Assembly (NCBI GenBank): GCA_964566145.1 | Contig: CAZMHN010000001.1 | Coordinates: 16,945-80,944 of the forward strand | From: an uncultured Gammaproteobacteria bacterium | GTDB taxonomy: Bacteria > Patescibacteriota > Patescibacteriia > Veblenbacterales > UBA10138 | Length of the DNA: 64,000 nucleotides | Direction of reading: 5' to 3' | Part shown: one piece after another, positions 1 to 11,674 of the stretch | Layout of the letters: every line of letters starts with the position of its first letter | Position numbering within the stretch: position 1 is the stretch's first letter | The notes under the pieces: generated by a model | Database searches by the model: none | What the model was told of the DNA's origin: nothing | Seen by the model: the letters and a program-made list of their open reading frames with translations, nothing else | Made by a program: the position numbers and the translations under genes

Positions 1-762
1 CTTCAGCGTGGGCTTGAACACGTAGAACTCGTCCGGCGTGACCACGCCCTGAACGATGAAATCGCCCAGGCCATAGGAACTGTTGATGAGCACCACGTCC
101 CGGAACCCCGATTCGGTGTCGATGGTGAACATGACGCCGGAACAAGCCTTGTCCGAACGCACCATTTTTTGCACGGCGATGGACAGACCTATCTTGAAAT
201 GATCGAAGTGCTTGTCCACGCGATAGGAAATGGCGCGGTCGGTGAAGAGCGAAGCGAAACAGCGCTTGCACGCGTCCAGCAGGGCGTGCTCGCCGCGGAT
301 GTTCAGGTAGCTTTCCTGCTGTCCGGCGAACGAAGCGTCTGGCAGGTCCTCGGCCGTGGCGCTGGAACGCACGGCCACGTCCACGCTCGCGGCACCCAGG
401 CTCTTGGAAAGCTTTCGGTACGCCTCAACGATGGCCTGCTCGAGCTTAGGTGGGAACTTGGCGTGCAGTATCACCTGCCGCACCGCCTCGCCGCGCTTGG
501 CCAGGTCGGCGATGCTATGGGTGTCCAGCCCGCGCAGGAGCTTGCGTATGGATTGCTCGATGCCGGCTTCCTTCAAAAGATGGCGATAGGCGTAGGCGGT
601 CACGGCAAAACCGGGCGGCACTTTCACGCCGCGCTTAGTGAGCTTCTGGTACATCTCCCCTAAGGAAGCGTTCTTGCCGCCGACCAGGGGAATGTCGTGT
701 ATGGATATCTCGTCGAACAACAAGGTGAACTGTTTGCTGCGGGGGGCGGACGCTTTGGGCAT
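1..762 (-). CDS. ppsA: Phosphoenolpyruvate synthase (pyruvate, water dikinase), N-terminal part only; the 3' end runs off the window.
   Basis: Minus-strand translation from the ATG at 762: MPKASAPRSKQFTLLFDEISIHDIPLVGGKNASLGEMYQKLTKRGVKVPPGFAVTAYAY. The GGKNASLGEM motif and the PEP-utilising ATP-grasp N-domain match PpsA. Absent from the ORF track because there is no stop within the window. Confidence 0.85.
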   Translation of the reverse strand, partial: MPKASAPRSKQFTLLFDEISIHDIPLVGGKNASLGEMYQKLTKRGVKVPPGFAVTAYAYRHLLKEAGIEQSIRKLLRGLDTHSIADLAKRGEAVRQVILHAKFPPKLEQAIVEAYRKLSKSLGAASVDVAVRSSATAEDLPDASFAGQQESYLNIRGEHALLDACKRCFASLFTDRAISYRVDKHFDHFKIGLSIAVQKMVRSDKACSGVMFTIDTESGFRDVVLINSSYGLGDFIVQGVVTPDEFYVFKPTLK

Positions 763-890
763 AGGGCGACAGAAAAATGAAACTCAAATGAAGCGTCCTC
801 AGTATACCATGCGACGCGCGCCCTTCCTATGCTCGCCGCAATGAAATCCCGCCCCGCACAGTTGCGGGGCGGGACGCGTACAACCCGGAC

Positions 891-1229
891 CTAGAAATTG
901 AACTTCTTGGCGTACTCCGAGAGCCACGGCAGTTCCCAGTACTTGCCCTGGAGCGCGGCCAGCAGGCCCATGATGGACAGTACCAGGGCGGCCAGGCCGC
1001 CGACGAACGCCACGAACCATCCGATAACGGGTACGATGTTTATCACGAACAGGATTACCTCAGCGATGAAGAGCAGGAATCCCTGCCTGGAATGGAACTT
1101 CACGAACTCGCTCTTCCCCGGCTTGAGCAAGGGGATGAGCACCAGCACCCACAGGTACGACAGGGCGGCCATTACTTTGTCGTCCTGCGACACGTTCGGG
1201 GCCGATTGCCCCGGCATTGATTCAGACAT
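891..1229 (-). CDS. Small membrane protein, DUF4870/Tic20-like family.
   Basis: 112 aa with 2-3 hydrophobic helices (VMAALSYLWVLVLIPLL, IVPVIGWFVAFVGGLAALVL). Good coding composition. Confidence 0.6.
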   Translation of the reverse strand: MSESMPGQSAPNVSQDDKVMAALSYLWVLVLIPLLKPGKSEFVKFHSRQGFLLFIAEVILFVINIVPVIGWFVAFVGGLAALVLSIMGLLAALQGKYWELPWLSEYAKKFNF

Positions 1230-1265
1230 ACGTATGATTGGTTACAACTCTAAGAAAAACGCTGA

Positions 1266-1721
1266 TTAGGCTTCAGGTTGGAATACGGCGCGCAACCGGT
1301 TCACCAGGCGGGGAAGCTGGAAGAATCCGACTGTCGCCAGGCTCACGAACACGGCTAGGAACACGCTCCACACCGGCTCGGTCACAAGATTGAGCACGAG
1401 CCAGGGATACCAGAACCGCAACACGGCCCACAGGGCCGACACCGCCCCGCCGCCGAACGCCACAAACGCGCACACCGCCATGGTTTGGACCAGGGTGCTA
1501 GACAGCCGCACCCCGGTAAGATACGCCACGGCCACGCCGGCCGCAACCTGCAACATGAACACAAGCGGCGCCATCAGGGCAAGGTACGAAACTTCAAGCC
1601 AGAAGCTCCCGATGTACGCCGCGGTCACAACCAAGGACAGTGTTACGAAGGGCCACTCAGCCTGGTCCACGTACCACCGCACCGGCTTACCGAAGAATTC
1701 AGCGTTCACTGCCGTTGGCAT
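1266..1721 (-). CDS. Hypothetical polytopic membrane protein. Start moved to the internal ATG at 1721.
   Basis: The ORF extends to 1781, but a perfect hairpin terminator for groEL sits at 1741-1772. The ATG at 1721 is preceded by GGAGAG. Four or more TM helices. Confidence 0.5.
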   Translation of the reverse strand: MPTAVNAEFFGKPVRWYVDQAEWPFVTLSLVVTAAYIGSFWLEVSYLALMAPLVFMLQVAAGVAVAYLTGVRLSSTLVQTMAVCAFVAFGGGAVSALWAVLRFWYPWLVLNLVTEPVWSVFLAVFVSLATVGFFQLPRLVNRLRAVFQPEA

Positions 1722-1740
1722 ATCACTCTCCAGTATACAA

Positions 1741-1772
1741 AAACCCCGATGGAATATCCATCGGGGTTTTGC
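1741..1772 (-). terminator. Intrinsic terminator downstream of groEL (palindromic hairpin plus T-tract).
   Basis: aaaaccccgatgg-aatat-ccatcggggtttt is a perfect 11-bp stem with flanking A/T runs. Confidence 0.75.
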
Positions 1773-1780
1773 TGAATTCA

Positions 1781-3723
<1,943 letters not shown>

Positions 3724-3756
3724 AGGTGTATGAACTATTAATGCTATGGCGATAAA

Positions 3757-3783
3757 TTAGCACTCATACGTATAGAGTGCTAA
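3757..3783. promoter_or_regulatory. CIRCE operator (HrcA-binding inverted repeat) upstream of groES.
   Basis: TTAGCACTC-atacgtata-GAGTGCTAA matches the CIRCE consensus TTAGCACTC-N9-GAGTGCTAA exactly. It lies about 35 nt upstream of the groES start. Confidence 0.85.
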
Positions 3784-3811
3784 ACCCATTTTACCGGCCT
3801 TTTGAGGCCTG

Positions 3812-5068
3812 TCAAGACCCTGCTTCGCCTTCCGGGTGCAGAGCGGCTATGAGCCAGAACAGCAGGAGCATTGAGGCGCTTGTCCACCAGTAGTGATCGA
3901 AGAACGATGTCATGAGTACGGGCGGAAGCCAGAGCCAGGCCGAAGCCGATGCACGAAAGAACCGTTCTTTGACGAACCACAGGAACGCGGCCAGGCCGAG
4001 AATCCCGAGCTCCGCCAGAATAAGCAGGAACAGGTTGTGCACGGGCTGGTACCGATACGGACGCAGTCCCGGCGTACGCTGGGCCAGGGCCTTGGTGTAG
4101 TTGCCCAAGCCAACGCCGCGCCACCACGCCACCCTGGTCAGCGCCTGGCTCTCCTTTACCCCTGTCACGCGCTCTTCAACGGCCTGCTGTTCCAGGCGGC
4201 TGGCCGGCGCGCCTATGAGACGGGCTTTGGTAGGCTCCCACAAAATACTGCCGAACACCGCGAAGACCACGGCTGTCACGACGGCGATTTGCGTAACAGC
4301 GGAACGTAAGCTCTTCTCCCCTATCCACCACACAACCAGCGACGCACCCAACGCCAACCAGCCGGCGCGCGAGAACGCCACGAACAGCCCTCCGGCCTGC
4401 AGAATGCACAAAACGAGCAGGGCGTAACGTTCTGTCTTGGACGCGGAACGGGCCACGAGCCAAGCGCTGGCCAGCATGGTAATGGCGAGCAGGCCGCCCA
4501 GCACGTTCGGGTGAACCTGCCCGGCGTAGGCCCTCAGCCACCTGCCGCCCTCGTTCAAAAGCACAGACGAGCCGGCCACTTCCACCGCGTGCTCAGCCAC
4601 ACCCAGCCACTTGGAAGAGAACGTGGCCTGCAGAGCGAACTGCCCAAGTCCCCAAACAGCCTGGATGCTTCCGGCCAGCACGAGCGCCCAAAGCACATGC
4701 TTGAACTTAGGCTTCACGCTCCGCACCAAAAGCCACAGTACGCCGCCTTCCACAAGCCGCAAGCCCCAATACGAAACCAGGTACGACTTAGGTGCAGCCC
4801 ACGATGATACGAAGGCTAAAGCAACCAGCAGTACGTATGCCTGGAATGCGCGGTTTGATTTGAACAGAAAAATGAACTCCCGCCGCAAAGCGCCCAACGA
4901 CAGTAACGCAAGCGCAACCAACACAATGTCCCACGAGTACAAACTGATACGGCCGTACTCCCACACGCCGCCGAACAAAGGCGGGTCGTAGGCTATCCAC
5001 CTGGTCTGCCACGGAAGCAGGAACACCAGAAGGTACAGGCCGTAGCGCTTTATATCGTCAATCTTCAC
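3812..5068 (-). CDS. O-antigen ligase-like (Wzy_C/WaaL family) polytopic membrane protein.
   Basis: 418 aa with more than 10 TM helices. C-terminal signature YQPVHNLFLLILAELGILG matches the O-antigen ligase H-N..L...E.G..G motif. Confidence 0.65.
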   Translation of the reverse strand: MKIDDIKRYGLYLLVFLLPWQTRWIAYDPPLFGGVWEYGRISLYSWDIVLVALALLSLGALRREFIFLFKSNRAFQAYVLLVALAFVSSWAAPKSYLVSYWGLRLVEGGVLWLLVRSVKPKFKHVLWALVLAGSIQAVWGLGQFALQATFSSKWLGVAEHAVEVAGSSVLLNEGGRWLRAYAGQVHPNVLGGLLAITMLASAWLVARSASKTERYALLVLCILQAGGLFVAFSRAGWLALGASLVVWWIGEKSLRSAVTQIAVVTAVVFAVFGSILWEPTKARLIGAPASRLEQQAVEERVTGVKESQALTRVAWWRGVGLGNYTKALAQRTPGLRPYRYQPVHNLFLLILAELGILGLAAFLWFVKERFFRASASAWLWLPPVLMTSFFDHYWWTSASMLLLFWLIAALHPEGEAGS

Positions 5069-5298
5069 GCCTGCATTATCCCGCGCGTAAGGAACATTGA
5101 CAAATCAACGCACCCTGCTAAGCTTAGCTGTCAAAATCAAAACAATCCATTCACAATCAAAAGTAGACACCCATGGGCGGAAATAGGTTTGCCGCAATAC
5201 TCGGCGTCATCGCGTTATTGGGCCTAATAGCATTTGCCCTTTTCGAGCTGTTTTCTGGTGCGCCCCAATAACCCATCCACAACCAAACTGGAGACCTC

Positions 5299-5805
5299 AT
5301 GACTAGAAGAAAGACACTTATACTCTCGGCCATCTCAACTGTAGTAGGAGCTCTAGGCATATTGATAGGCTTATTAATCTCTATGCCGAAAAGCGAACAA
5401 CCTAATGCCATGCAGGCGCTGGCCGAGCGCGGTGATACTACGGCAATACAAGGGCCTTTCGAAGAGGGCAGTACTGTACCGGTGTTTCATCCAGTCAAAG
5501 TACTTGACCGGGGAGACATTGACCCGCGCGGTCGCTTGAGCTGGTGCAAAGTACTGTACGAGGTGTACCCCTACACTGACCCGCCCACCTACGAGCTACA
5601 ACCGTTATACGTTGTCGCCAGCAATGACGAATGGTACTGGCGCGACAGCCTGGCCTACGCTTTCTCGCGCACCATGCGCTCCAGGACCCACGGCGTCGAC
5701 CAAGTACAGTTCCTGATAGACGGATCCGTGGGCAGGCACATGCTCATGCAAAAAGAAGCTGTGGTCTACGGCGGACAACACAAACGCAGTGCGGAACCGT
5801 ACTGA
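5299..5805 (+). CDS. Hypothetical membrane-anchored protein.
   Basis: 168 aa. GGAG ribosome-binding site (RBS) upstream of the ATG. N-terminal TM helix ILSAISTVVGALGILIGLLI. Confidence 0.5.
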   Translation: MTRRKTLILSAISTVVGALGILIGLLISMPKSEQPNAMQALAERGDTTAIQGPFEEGSTVPVFHPVKVLDRGDIDPRGRLSWCKVLYEVYPYTDPPTYELQPLYVVASNDEWYWRDSLAYAFSRTMRSRTHGVDQVQFLIDGSVGRHMLMQKEAVVYGGQHKRSAEPY

Positions 5806-5927
5806 TGCTCACGTCCCTGATTCTGCTCACCACGCTCAACTGGATAATCCAGGCCATACTGTTCCTGACCATAGGCTGGCCGTTCGCGCTACTCATCCGA
5901 CTATCGCGCGACCGTGCGCTCAAGTAA
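5805..5927 (+). CDS. Small hydrophobic peptide (40 aa), translationally coupled to the upstream gene.
   Basis: TGATG stop/start overlap at 5803-5807. MLTSLILLTTLNWIIQAILFLTIGWPFALLIRL. Followed by an intrinsic terminator. Confidence 0.35.
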   Translation: MLTSLILLTTLNWIIQAILFLTIGWPFALLIRLSRDRALK

Positions 5928-5946
5928 AACCGAACATCATCGACAC

Positions 5947-5980
5947 GGGCAGTGCCAATGCGCACTGCCCTGTTTTTTTT
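5947..5980 (+). terminator. Rho-independent terminator.
   Basis: gggcagtgc-caatgc-gcactgccc hairpin followed by T8. Confidence 0.8.
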
Positions 5981-6041
5981 ACATTGACAACTGATGCCGA
6001 TTGGGGTTAGGTACAGGCAACACACGAATACGGAGGAAACA

Positions 6042-6248
6042 ATGAAACTACAAATACGGGTCGATGTGGTGCCGGAAGACGGCGAACAGGCGCTTTCGCC
6101 CAGCAATGCCGAGCAGGGCACTATATTCTCAGAACTCAGCCAGGCATCCAAACGTATCGCCAGCCACCTCGGCCTGCCCCCAGACACCAAACCGGAAATA
6201 CAGCTCCGCTTCGAACCCAGCACAATCGCACCAAAACCGCCGACGTAG
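6042..6248 (+). CDS. Small hypothetical protein (68 aa).
   Basis: Strong GGAGG 6 nt upstream of the ATG. MKLQIRVDVVPEDGEQ... Convergent with uvrA. Confidence 0.4.
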   Translation: MKLQIRVDVVPEDGEQALSPSNAEQGTIFSELSQASKRIASHLGLPPDTKPEIQLRFEPSTIAPKPPT

Positions 6249-6283
6249 TCCGCCGGCGGTTGTTACTTATCCAAACCGGAATT

Positions 6284-9187
6284 CTACAGCACCTTCTTGA
6301 GCCACTGGCCGGTGTAGCTCTGCTTCACCTTGGCCACGTCCTTCGGAGTCCCGACCGCCACCAACTGGCCGCCCTTGTCCCCGCCTTCCGGCCCCAGGTC
6401 GATAACCCAGTCCGCACACTTGATGACGTCCATGTTGTGCTCTATAACGAGCACGGTATTCCCCCGCTCCACCAGCTCGTTCAGGACGTGGAGCAGTTTC
6501 TTCACGTCCGCGAAGTGCAATCCGGTGGTGGGCTCGTCCAGAATGTACAGCGTCCGGCCGGTAGCGCGGCGCGACAGCTCGGTCGCCAGCTTGATGCGCT
6601 GGGCCTCGCCGCCGGAAAGCGTGGTGGCAGACTGCCCCAGGTGGATGTAGCCCAGACCGACCTCGCACAGCACCTTGAGCTTCTGGTGAATGGCCGGCAC
6701 ATTCTCAAAGAACGCCGCGGCTTCTTCGGCCGTCATCTCCAGCACGTCGGATATGTTCTTGCCCTTGTAATGTATTTCCAGCGCCTGCTGATTGTAGCGT
6801 TTGCCGTGGCATTCCTCGCACTCCACGTACACGTCCGGCAGGAAATGCATCTCGATGCGTACCAGACCGTCGCCCTCGCAGGCTTCACAGCGGCCGCCCT
6901 TCACGTTGAAACTGAACCGGCCCGGGTCATAACCCCGTATCTTGGCTTCGGGAAGCTCCGAGAACAGGTCGCGGATGGGAGTGAACACGCCCGTGTAGGT
7001 GGCGGGATTCGAACGCGGCGTGCGGCCGATGGGCGACTGGTCTATGGTAATCACCTTGTCTATGTGTTCCAAGCCCTTGATGCCGCGGTGCTTGCCAGGC
7101 AGGTCCTTGGAATTATAAAAGTGCTGGGATAGCGCGCGAGACAGGATGTCGGTGATGAGCGTGGATTTTCCCGAACCCGACACGCCGGTGATGACCACGA
7201 ACCTGCCCAGGGGGATGTCGACTGAAATGTTCTTGAGATTGAACTCCTGCGCCCCTTCAATGCGGAGCACCTTGCCGTTGCCCGGCCTGGACTTGGCCGG
7301 AGCCTCGATTACGAGCTTGCCCGACAGATACTGTCCGGTGAGCGAGGCTTTCACTTGGGCGACTTCCTGGGGCGTCCCCTGCGCCACCACCTCGCCGCCG
7401 TGCTTGCCGGCGCCGGGACCTATGTCTATGAGCTGATCCGCCGCTACCATGGTCTCGTGGTCGTGCTCTACCACGATAACCGTGTTCCCAAGGTCCCTAA
7501 GCCGCTTCAGAGTGGTGATAAGCTTGCTGTTGTCGCGCTGGTGCAATCCAATAGAGGGCTCGTCGAGAATGTAGATGACGCCGACTAACGATGAGCCTAT
7601 CTGCGTAGCTAAGCGGATGCGCTGAGCTTCGCCGCCCGAGAGCGTACTGGCGGCCCGGTCGAGTGTTAGGTAATCCAAGCCGACATCGGAAAGGAACGAC
7701 AGCCGCTCGCGTATCTCCTTCAGTATCTGCCTGGCTATCTTGAGCTCGCGCTCGGTAAGCTTGCTCTTTCCTTCCAGGGTGGCGAAGAATTCCCTGGCCT
7801 CGATAACGGACAGCTGAGCCACATCGGCTATGTTCTTTCCGGCCACGGTCACGCCCAGCACCTCGGGTTTCAGGCGCCTGCCCTGGCAGGTTGAGCACGG
7901 CCACACGCGCATGTACCGCTCTATCTCGCTACGCATGTAATCCGAATCGGTCTCGCGGTATCTGCGCTCAAGGTTCGGAATAACGCCCTCGTACGTAGTG
8001 TAGAACTCGCGCACCTTGCCGGTCTGGCCGGTACCTGCATTCACGTTGTAATTCCGGCTCCCAGTTCCGTAGAGCACTGTCTTGAGCTGGGCCGGGGTGA
8101 GCTTGGACACGGGCACGCTCAGCGAGAACCCGTGCTCCTTGGCCACCGCCTCCAGTATCCTGAAATACCATGTCTGGTTGGCGCTCGTGCGGCTCCACGG
8201 ACGAATGGCGCCTTCGGCCAGTGACAGCTTCTTGTTCGGCACGACCAGGTCGGGATCTATCTCTAGCCTGGTGCCCAAACCGGTGCAGGTCGGGCAGGCC
8301 CCGTGCGGCGAATTGAAGGAAAAACTCCTAGGCTCTATGTTCGGCAGATCGACGTGGCAGGCGGGACAGGAAAAGTGCTCGCTGAACAGCAAGTCATCAT
8401 GTCCTTCGCGTGACACTTTCACAATGCCGTCGCCCAGATCCAGAGCCGTTTCCAGGGAGTCATGGAGGCGAGTGATGTCGTCCGGCTCCTCGGACACGGT
8501 CAGCCGGTCCACCACCACGTCTAGGTTGTGCTTCTTCTGCTTGTCCACATTCATGTCCTCGGCTTCCTCCATGGACATCACCTTGCCGTCGAACCGCAAA
8601 CGCACGTAGCCTGCCTTTTTCAGCTCGGCCACGGTGTTCTTGTGTTCGCCTTTTTGGTCCCTCACGACGGAAGCCAAAAGCGAGAATGGCGTTCCCTTGC
8701 CGAGCTCTTGTATGCGCGAAACGATCTGGTCCACTGATTGCCTGGTCACGGGACGGCCGCACTGCGGACAGTGCGGAATGCCTATGCGCGCATAGAACAG
8801 GCGCATGTAATCGTACACTTCCGTCACGGTGCCAACCGTGGACCTGGGGTTGTGGGAGGTCGATTTTTGGTCTATGGAAATGGCCGGCGAAAGCCCGTCT
8901 ATCTGATCCACATCCGGCTTATCCATGATGCCCAGGAACTGTCTGGCATAGGCCGACAGCGATTCTATGTACCGGCGCTGGCCTTCGGCGTAGATGGTGT
9001 CGAAAGCCAGCGAAGACTTACCCGAGCCGGACAAACCGGTAATGACCACCAGCTGGTTTCGGGGTATGTCGAGCGAGATGTTCTTTAGATTGTGTACGCG
9101 CGCACCGCGGATCGAGATAACCTCGGCCGCGCCGCCGGTCTTTCCGTTCCCTCCGTTCGTCTTGCTGTTTCCGTTGGTTCTAGGCAT
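6284..9187 (-). CDS. uvrA: Excinuclease ABC subunit A.
   Basis: 967 aa. Two ABC ATPase modules ([23 protein letters not shown] and [10 protein letters not shown]). Zinc-finger Cys pairs present. Confidence 0.97.
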   Translation of the reverse strand: MPRTNGNSKTNGGNGKTGGAAEVISIRGARVHNLKNISLDIPRNQLVVITGLSGSGKSSLAFDTIYAEGQRRYIESLSAYARQFLGIMDKPDVDQIDGLSPAISIDQKSTSHNPRSTVGTVTEVYDYMRLFYARIGIPHCPQCGRPVTRQSVDQIVSRIQELGKGTPFSLLASVVRDQKGEHKNTVAELKKAGYVRLRFDGKVMSMEEAEDMNVDKQKKHNLDVVVDRLTVSEEPDDITRLHDSLETALDLGDGIVKVSREGHDDLLFSEHFSCPACHVDLPNIEPRSFSFNSPHGACPTCTGLGTRLEIDPDLVVPNKKLSLAEGAIRPWSRTSANQTWYFRILEAVAKEHGFSLSVPVSKLTPAQLKTVLYGTGSRNYNVNAGTGQTGKVREFYTTYEGVIPNLERRYRETDSDYMRSEIERYMRVWPCSTCQGRRLKPEVLGVTVAGKNIADVAQLSVIEAREFFATLEGKSKLTERELKIARQILKEIRERLSFLSDVGLDYLTLDRAASTLSGGEAQRIRLATQIGSSLVGVIYILDEPSIGLHQRDNSKLITTLKRLRDLGNTVIVVEHDHETMVAADQLIDIGPGAGKHGGEVVAQGTPQEVAQVKASLTGQYLSGKLVIEAPAKSRPGNGKVLRIEGAQEFNLKNISVDIPLGRFVVITGVSGSGKSTLITDILSRALSQHFYNSKDLPGKHRGIKGLEHIDKVITIDQSPIGRTPRSNPATYTGVFTPIRDLFSELPEAKIRGYDPGRFSFNVKGGRCEACEGDGLVRIEMHFLPDVYVECEECHGKRYNQQALEIHYKGKNISDVLEMTAEEAAAFFENVPAIHQKLKVLCEVGLGYIHLGQSATTLSGGEAQRIKLATELSRRATGRTLYILDEPTTGLHFADVKKLLHVLNELVERGNTVLVIEHNMDVIKCADWVIDLGPEGGDKGGQLVAVGTPKDVAKVKQSYTGQWLKKVL

Positions 9188-9246
9188 AGGCGCGCAAAAG
9201 TGGATACAGCGTACACCCTATGTCAAGAGCGGTCAAGGGATGGGGT

Positions 9247-9279
9247 AAAAAACGGGGCGTGCCTTATGGCACACCCCGT
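9247..9279 (-). terminator. Intrinsic terminator for the small gene at 9296-9532.
   Basis: Minus-strand hairpin acggggtgtgcc-ataa-ggcacgccccgt followed by T6. Confidence 0.65.
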
Positions 9280-9295
9280 ACGAATCGGTACCGCG

Positions 9296-9532
9296 CTAGC
9301 TGAGACGCAATGCAATCTGGTTGAGGACCGTAGCCTCAATAGCCGGATCAAGGTGCAATGCCGTGAGTCGCACCTGATACTGACTTTTGGCAGATTCCAT
9401 GCTTTCCGCCGGGGCCTGTCCTTCTTCGCGAATGACACCGTCGAATCCGAGCGATTTCAATGCCCGGGATATTTCTTTGATTTTCGCCATATTATCTGGC
9501 GACCCGTATAACAAGGAAGACTCCTTTTCCAT
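9296..9532 (-). CDS. Small hypothetical protein (78 aa).
   Basis: AGGAGGG RBS 6 nt upstream. Has its own terminator. No recognisable motif. Confidence 0.5.
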   Translation of the reverse strand: MEKESSLLYGSPDNMAKIKEISRALKSLGFDGVIREEGQAPAESMESAKSQYQVRLTALHLDPAIEATVLNQIALRLS

Positions 9533-9646
9533 GACAAACCCTCCTATTAATTTGTATTCTTGGCGGAAACTTAAGGTCCATTTTTGTGCACTGAACCTAC
9601 CAACCCCTCATCGTTCTGTCAATGATTGCAGTATACTTATACCACC

Positions 9647-11398
9647 ATGACAAACGTACTCCAGCGTCAGCTCCAACAGCTTCCGGCTAAGCCCGGCGTG
9701 TACCGATTCTTCAACGAGGCGGGCAGGCTTCTATACGTGGGCAAGGCCAAGTCCCTAAAAGACCGCGTCCGCTCCTACTTCCATGCGGGCACCGAGCTCT
9801 CCCCTGCCAAACAACTCATGGTACGCGGCATCCATCACGTGGAAACCAGCGTGATGTCGAACGAGGACGAAGCTCTCCTGTTGGAAGCCACGCTCATCAA
9901 ACAACACCAGCCGCCGTACAACATAGACCTGAAAGACGATAAGAACTGGATGTATTTTGCCATCGACCGCAGAGAGTCGTACCCGCGGGTTTCGCTGGAA
10001 CGCAAAACGGGTACAAGGGGCGTACGCTACTTCGGCCCGTACCCTTCGGCTGGCGCCGCGCGCGCCACTCTCCAGCTAATGAAAAAAACGCTCGGACTGC
10101 GCACCTGCCAGAACCCGCCGGGTAGGCCTTGCTTCGCGGCTGGCCTGGGAAGATGCCTGGGGCACGACCTTGGGCCAGGGAGCCGCGCCTCATACCGCAA
10201 ACAGCTTGCGCGCTTCGAGTGCGTACTCAAGGGCGAGGTGCGCGAAGCCGTGGCCGAACTCACAAAAGACATGGGTGCCGCCGCCCAAACCAAACAATAC
10301 GAACGCGCAGCCAGGCTTAGGGACCAATTGCGCTCATTGGAACGTTTGCTGATAAAACAGAACGTCGTGAGTGCGAACCGGGAATCTTTCGACTTATTTG
10401 CGGTCGCACGGGGCAGTTCTTCTGCGGCCGTGGCCAAACTTCCGGTCCGCAAAGGCGCGCTCCTGGAAACTGACCGGTTCCTGCTTGAGCACACCAACGG
10501 CCTTACCGAGTCCGAGGTGCTGTCCGGCTTTCTGGAGCAGTACTACGCCCAAGCCACCGACCGTCCGCGGCGGGCGTACGTTTCCGCACGGCTTCCTGAA
10601 AAGCGCATTGGCGTCACTGCGCTGGAAGTGCCGCAACGCGGCCGCAAGCGGCAGCTTCTGCGGCTGGCTCACAAAACGGCCGAATCGCACCTTACCCAGA
10701 GCGCGGCTTCATGGGAACGCCGCGAGGTGCGCGCCCAAACCGGCATGAAAGAACTCCAGGAACGGCTGGGGCTTCCCGCCCTGCCACAGCGCGTCGAAGG
10801 TTACGACATCTCGAACATTCAGGGCAAGGAAGCCGTCGGGGCCATGGTCGTGCTGACCAACGGCATGCCTGATCCCAAACACTACCGAAAGTTCCGCATC
10901 GACGGGTTCGGGGGATCGAACGACTTTGCCATGCTGGCGCACATGGTCGTAAGGCGCTTTACCAAAAACCGCGACTGGCCCAGGCCCGACCTGGTTATGC
11001 TGGACGGCGGCGCAGGCCAGCTGTCCGTGGTACAAAAAGCCCTGCGCGGCGCCAGAGTCCAGGTGCCGCTCGTAGCCTTGGCCAAGCGCGAGGAGCAACT
11101 GTACCTGCCCGGCCGCGCCAGGCCCCTCAAACTTCCCTCGAATAACTCCGGGCTCCTGTTGCTGATGGAGCTCAGGGACGAAGCCCACCGGTTCGGCATA
11201 ACGTTTTATCGCTCCCGCCACCGCAAAGCCAACGTGCGCTCCCAGTGGGACGAGCTCCCCGGCGTCGGGCCGGTGCTGAAGAAAAAGCTCAAGGCCGCCT
11301 TCGGCTCGCTGGCATCATTGAGGAAGGCTCAGGACAAGGACGTTGAGCTTATTGTCGGCAAAGAAAGGGCCCGTTCCATTCGCGAACGCCTAGGCTAA
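9647..11398 (+). CDS. uvrC: Excinuclease ABC subunit C.
   Basis: GIY-YIG N-terminus (PGVYRFFNEAGRLLYVGKAKSLKDRVRSYF). UvrC C-terminal HhH domain. The ORF-track start at 9626 is TTG; the ATG at 9647 is more likely. Confidence 0.95.
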   Translation: MTNVLQRQLQQLPAKPGVYRFFNEAGRLLYVGKAKSLKDRVRSYFHAGTELSPAKQLMVRGIHHVETSVMSNEDEALLLEATLIKQHQPPYNIDLKDDKNWMYFAIDRRESYPRVSLERKTGTRGVRYFGPYPSAGAARATLQLMKKTLGLRTCQNPPGRPCFAAGLGRCLGHDLGPGSRASYRKQLARFECVLKGEVREAVAELTKDMGAAAQTKQYERAARLRDQLRSLERLLIKQNVVSANRESFDLFAVARGSSSAAVAKLPVRKGALLETDRFLLEHTNGLTESEVLSGFLEQYYAQATDRPRRAYVSARLPEKRIGVTALEVPQRGRKRQLLRLAHKTAESHLTQSAASWERREVRAQTGMKELQERLGLPALPQRVEGYDISNIQGKEAVGAMVVLTNGMPDPKHYRKFRIDGFGGSNDFAMLAHMVVRRFTKNRDWPRPDLVMLDGGAGQLSVVQKALRGARVQVPLVALAKREEQLYLPGRARPLKLPSNNSGLLLLMELRDEAHRFGITFYRSRHRKANVRSQWDELPGVGPVLKKKLKAAFGSLASLRKAQDKDVELIVGKERARSIRERLG

Positions 11399-11411
11399 GC
11401 GTCCGCCTGTC

Positions 11412-11439
11412 TTGACAAACTCGCCTAAAAAGGTACACT
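11412..11439 (+). promoter_or_regulatory. Candidate sigma70-type promoter (TTGACA-N16-TACACT).
   Basis: TTGACA at 11412-11417 and TACACT at 11434-11439. About 50 nt upstream of a small ORF with a GAGGTG RBS. Confidence 0.4.
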
Positions 11440-11491
11440 AACCGGCTATTTTGAAAACCAAAGCAGTTCCACTCCCAAAAATGAGGTGCAA

Positions 11492-11623
11492 ATGAAAAAA
11501 GTCGCCATTGTTAGCATCATTGGCCTTGGCCTGTTCGGCTTCTTCTACCTGGCGGCAAAACGCCGCCGCATCAACAGCGTGCCTTCCGGCGAATGGGCAG
11601 AAGATTCCATCGGCGCGTGCTGA
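11492..11623 (+). CDS. Small membrane peptide (43 aa).
   Basis: MKKVAIVSIIGLGLFGFFYLAAKRRRINSVPSGEWAEDSIGAC. Has an RBS, a candidate promoter and a terminator at about 11640-11674. Confidence 0.35.
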   Translation: MKKVAIVSIIGLGLFGFFYLAAKRRRINSVPSGEWAEDSIGAC

Positions 11624-11639
11624 ACCGACACCATCCATG

Positions 11640-11674
11640 CCCCGTCCAAAACACCGGACGGGGCGCCTCTTTTT
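11640..11674 (+). terminator. Intrinsic terminator (ccccgtcc-loop-ggacgggg, then T-run).
   Basis: 8-bp GC stem followed by ttttt. Lies between the small ORF and the 3' end of uvrD. Confidence 0.6.

Noticed and set aside
169-1020. Plus-strand ORFs 169-663, 356-589, 450-638 and neighbours, with Ala/Arg/Gly-rich translations.
   Set aside because: They are antisense to the well-supported ppsA reading frame, and their composition is typical of out-of-frame GC-rich DNA.
6260-7132. 290-aa plus-strand ORF, and other long ORFs opposite uvrA, uvrD (11874-13247), rnj (17069-17842) and leuS (59101-60258).
   Set aside because: All lie antisense to genes with unambiguous homology. They are a GC-rich artefact.
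9188-9246. Looked for a LexA/Cheo box (GAAC-N4-GTTC) upstream of uvrA, and upstream of uvrC.
   Set aside because: No such palindrome is present in either region.
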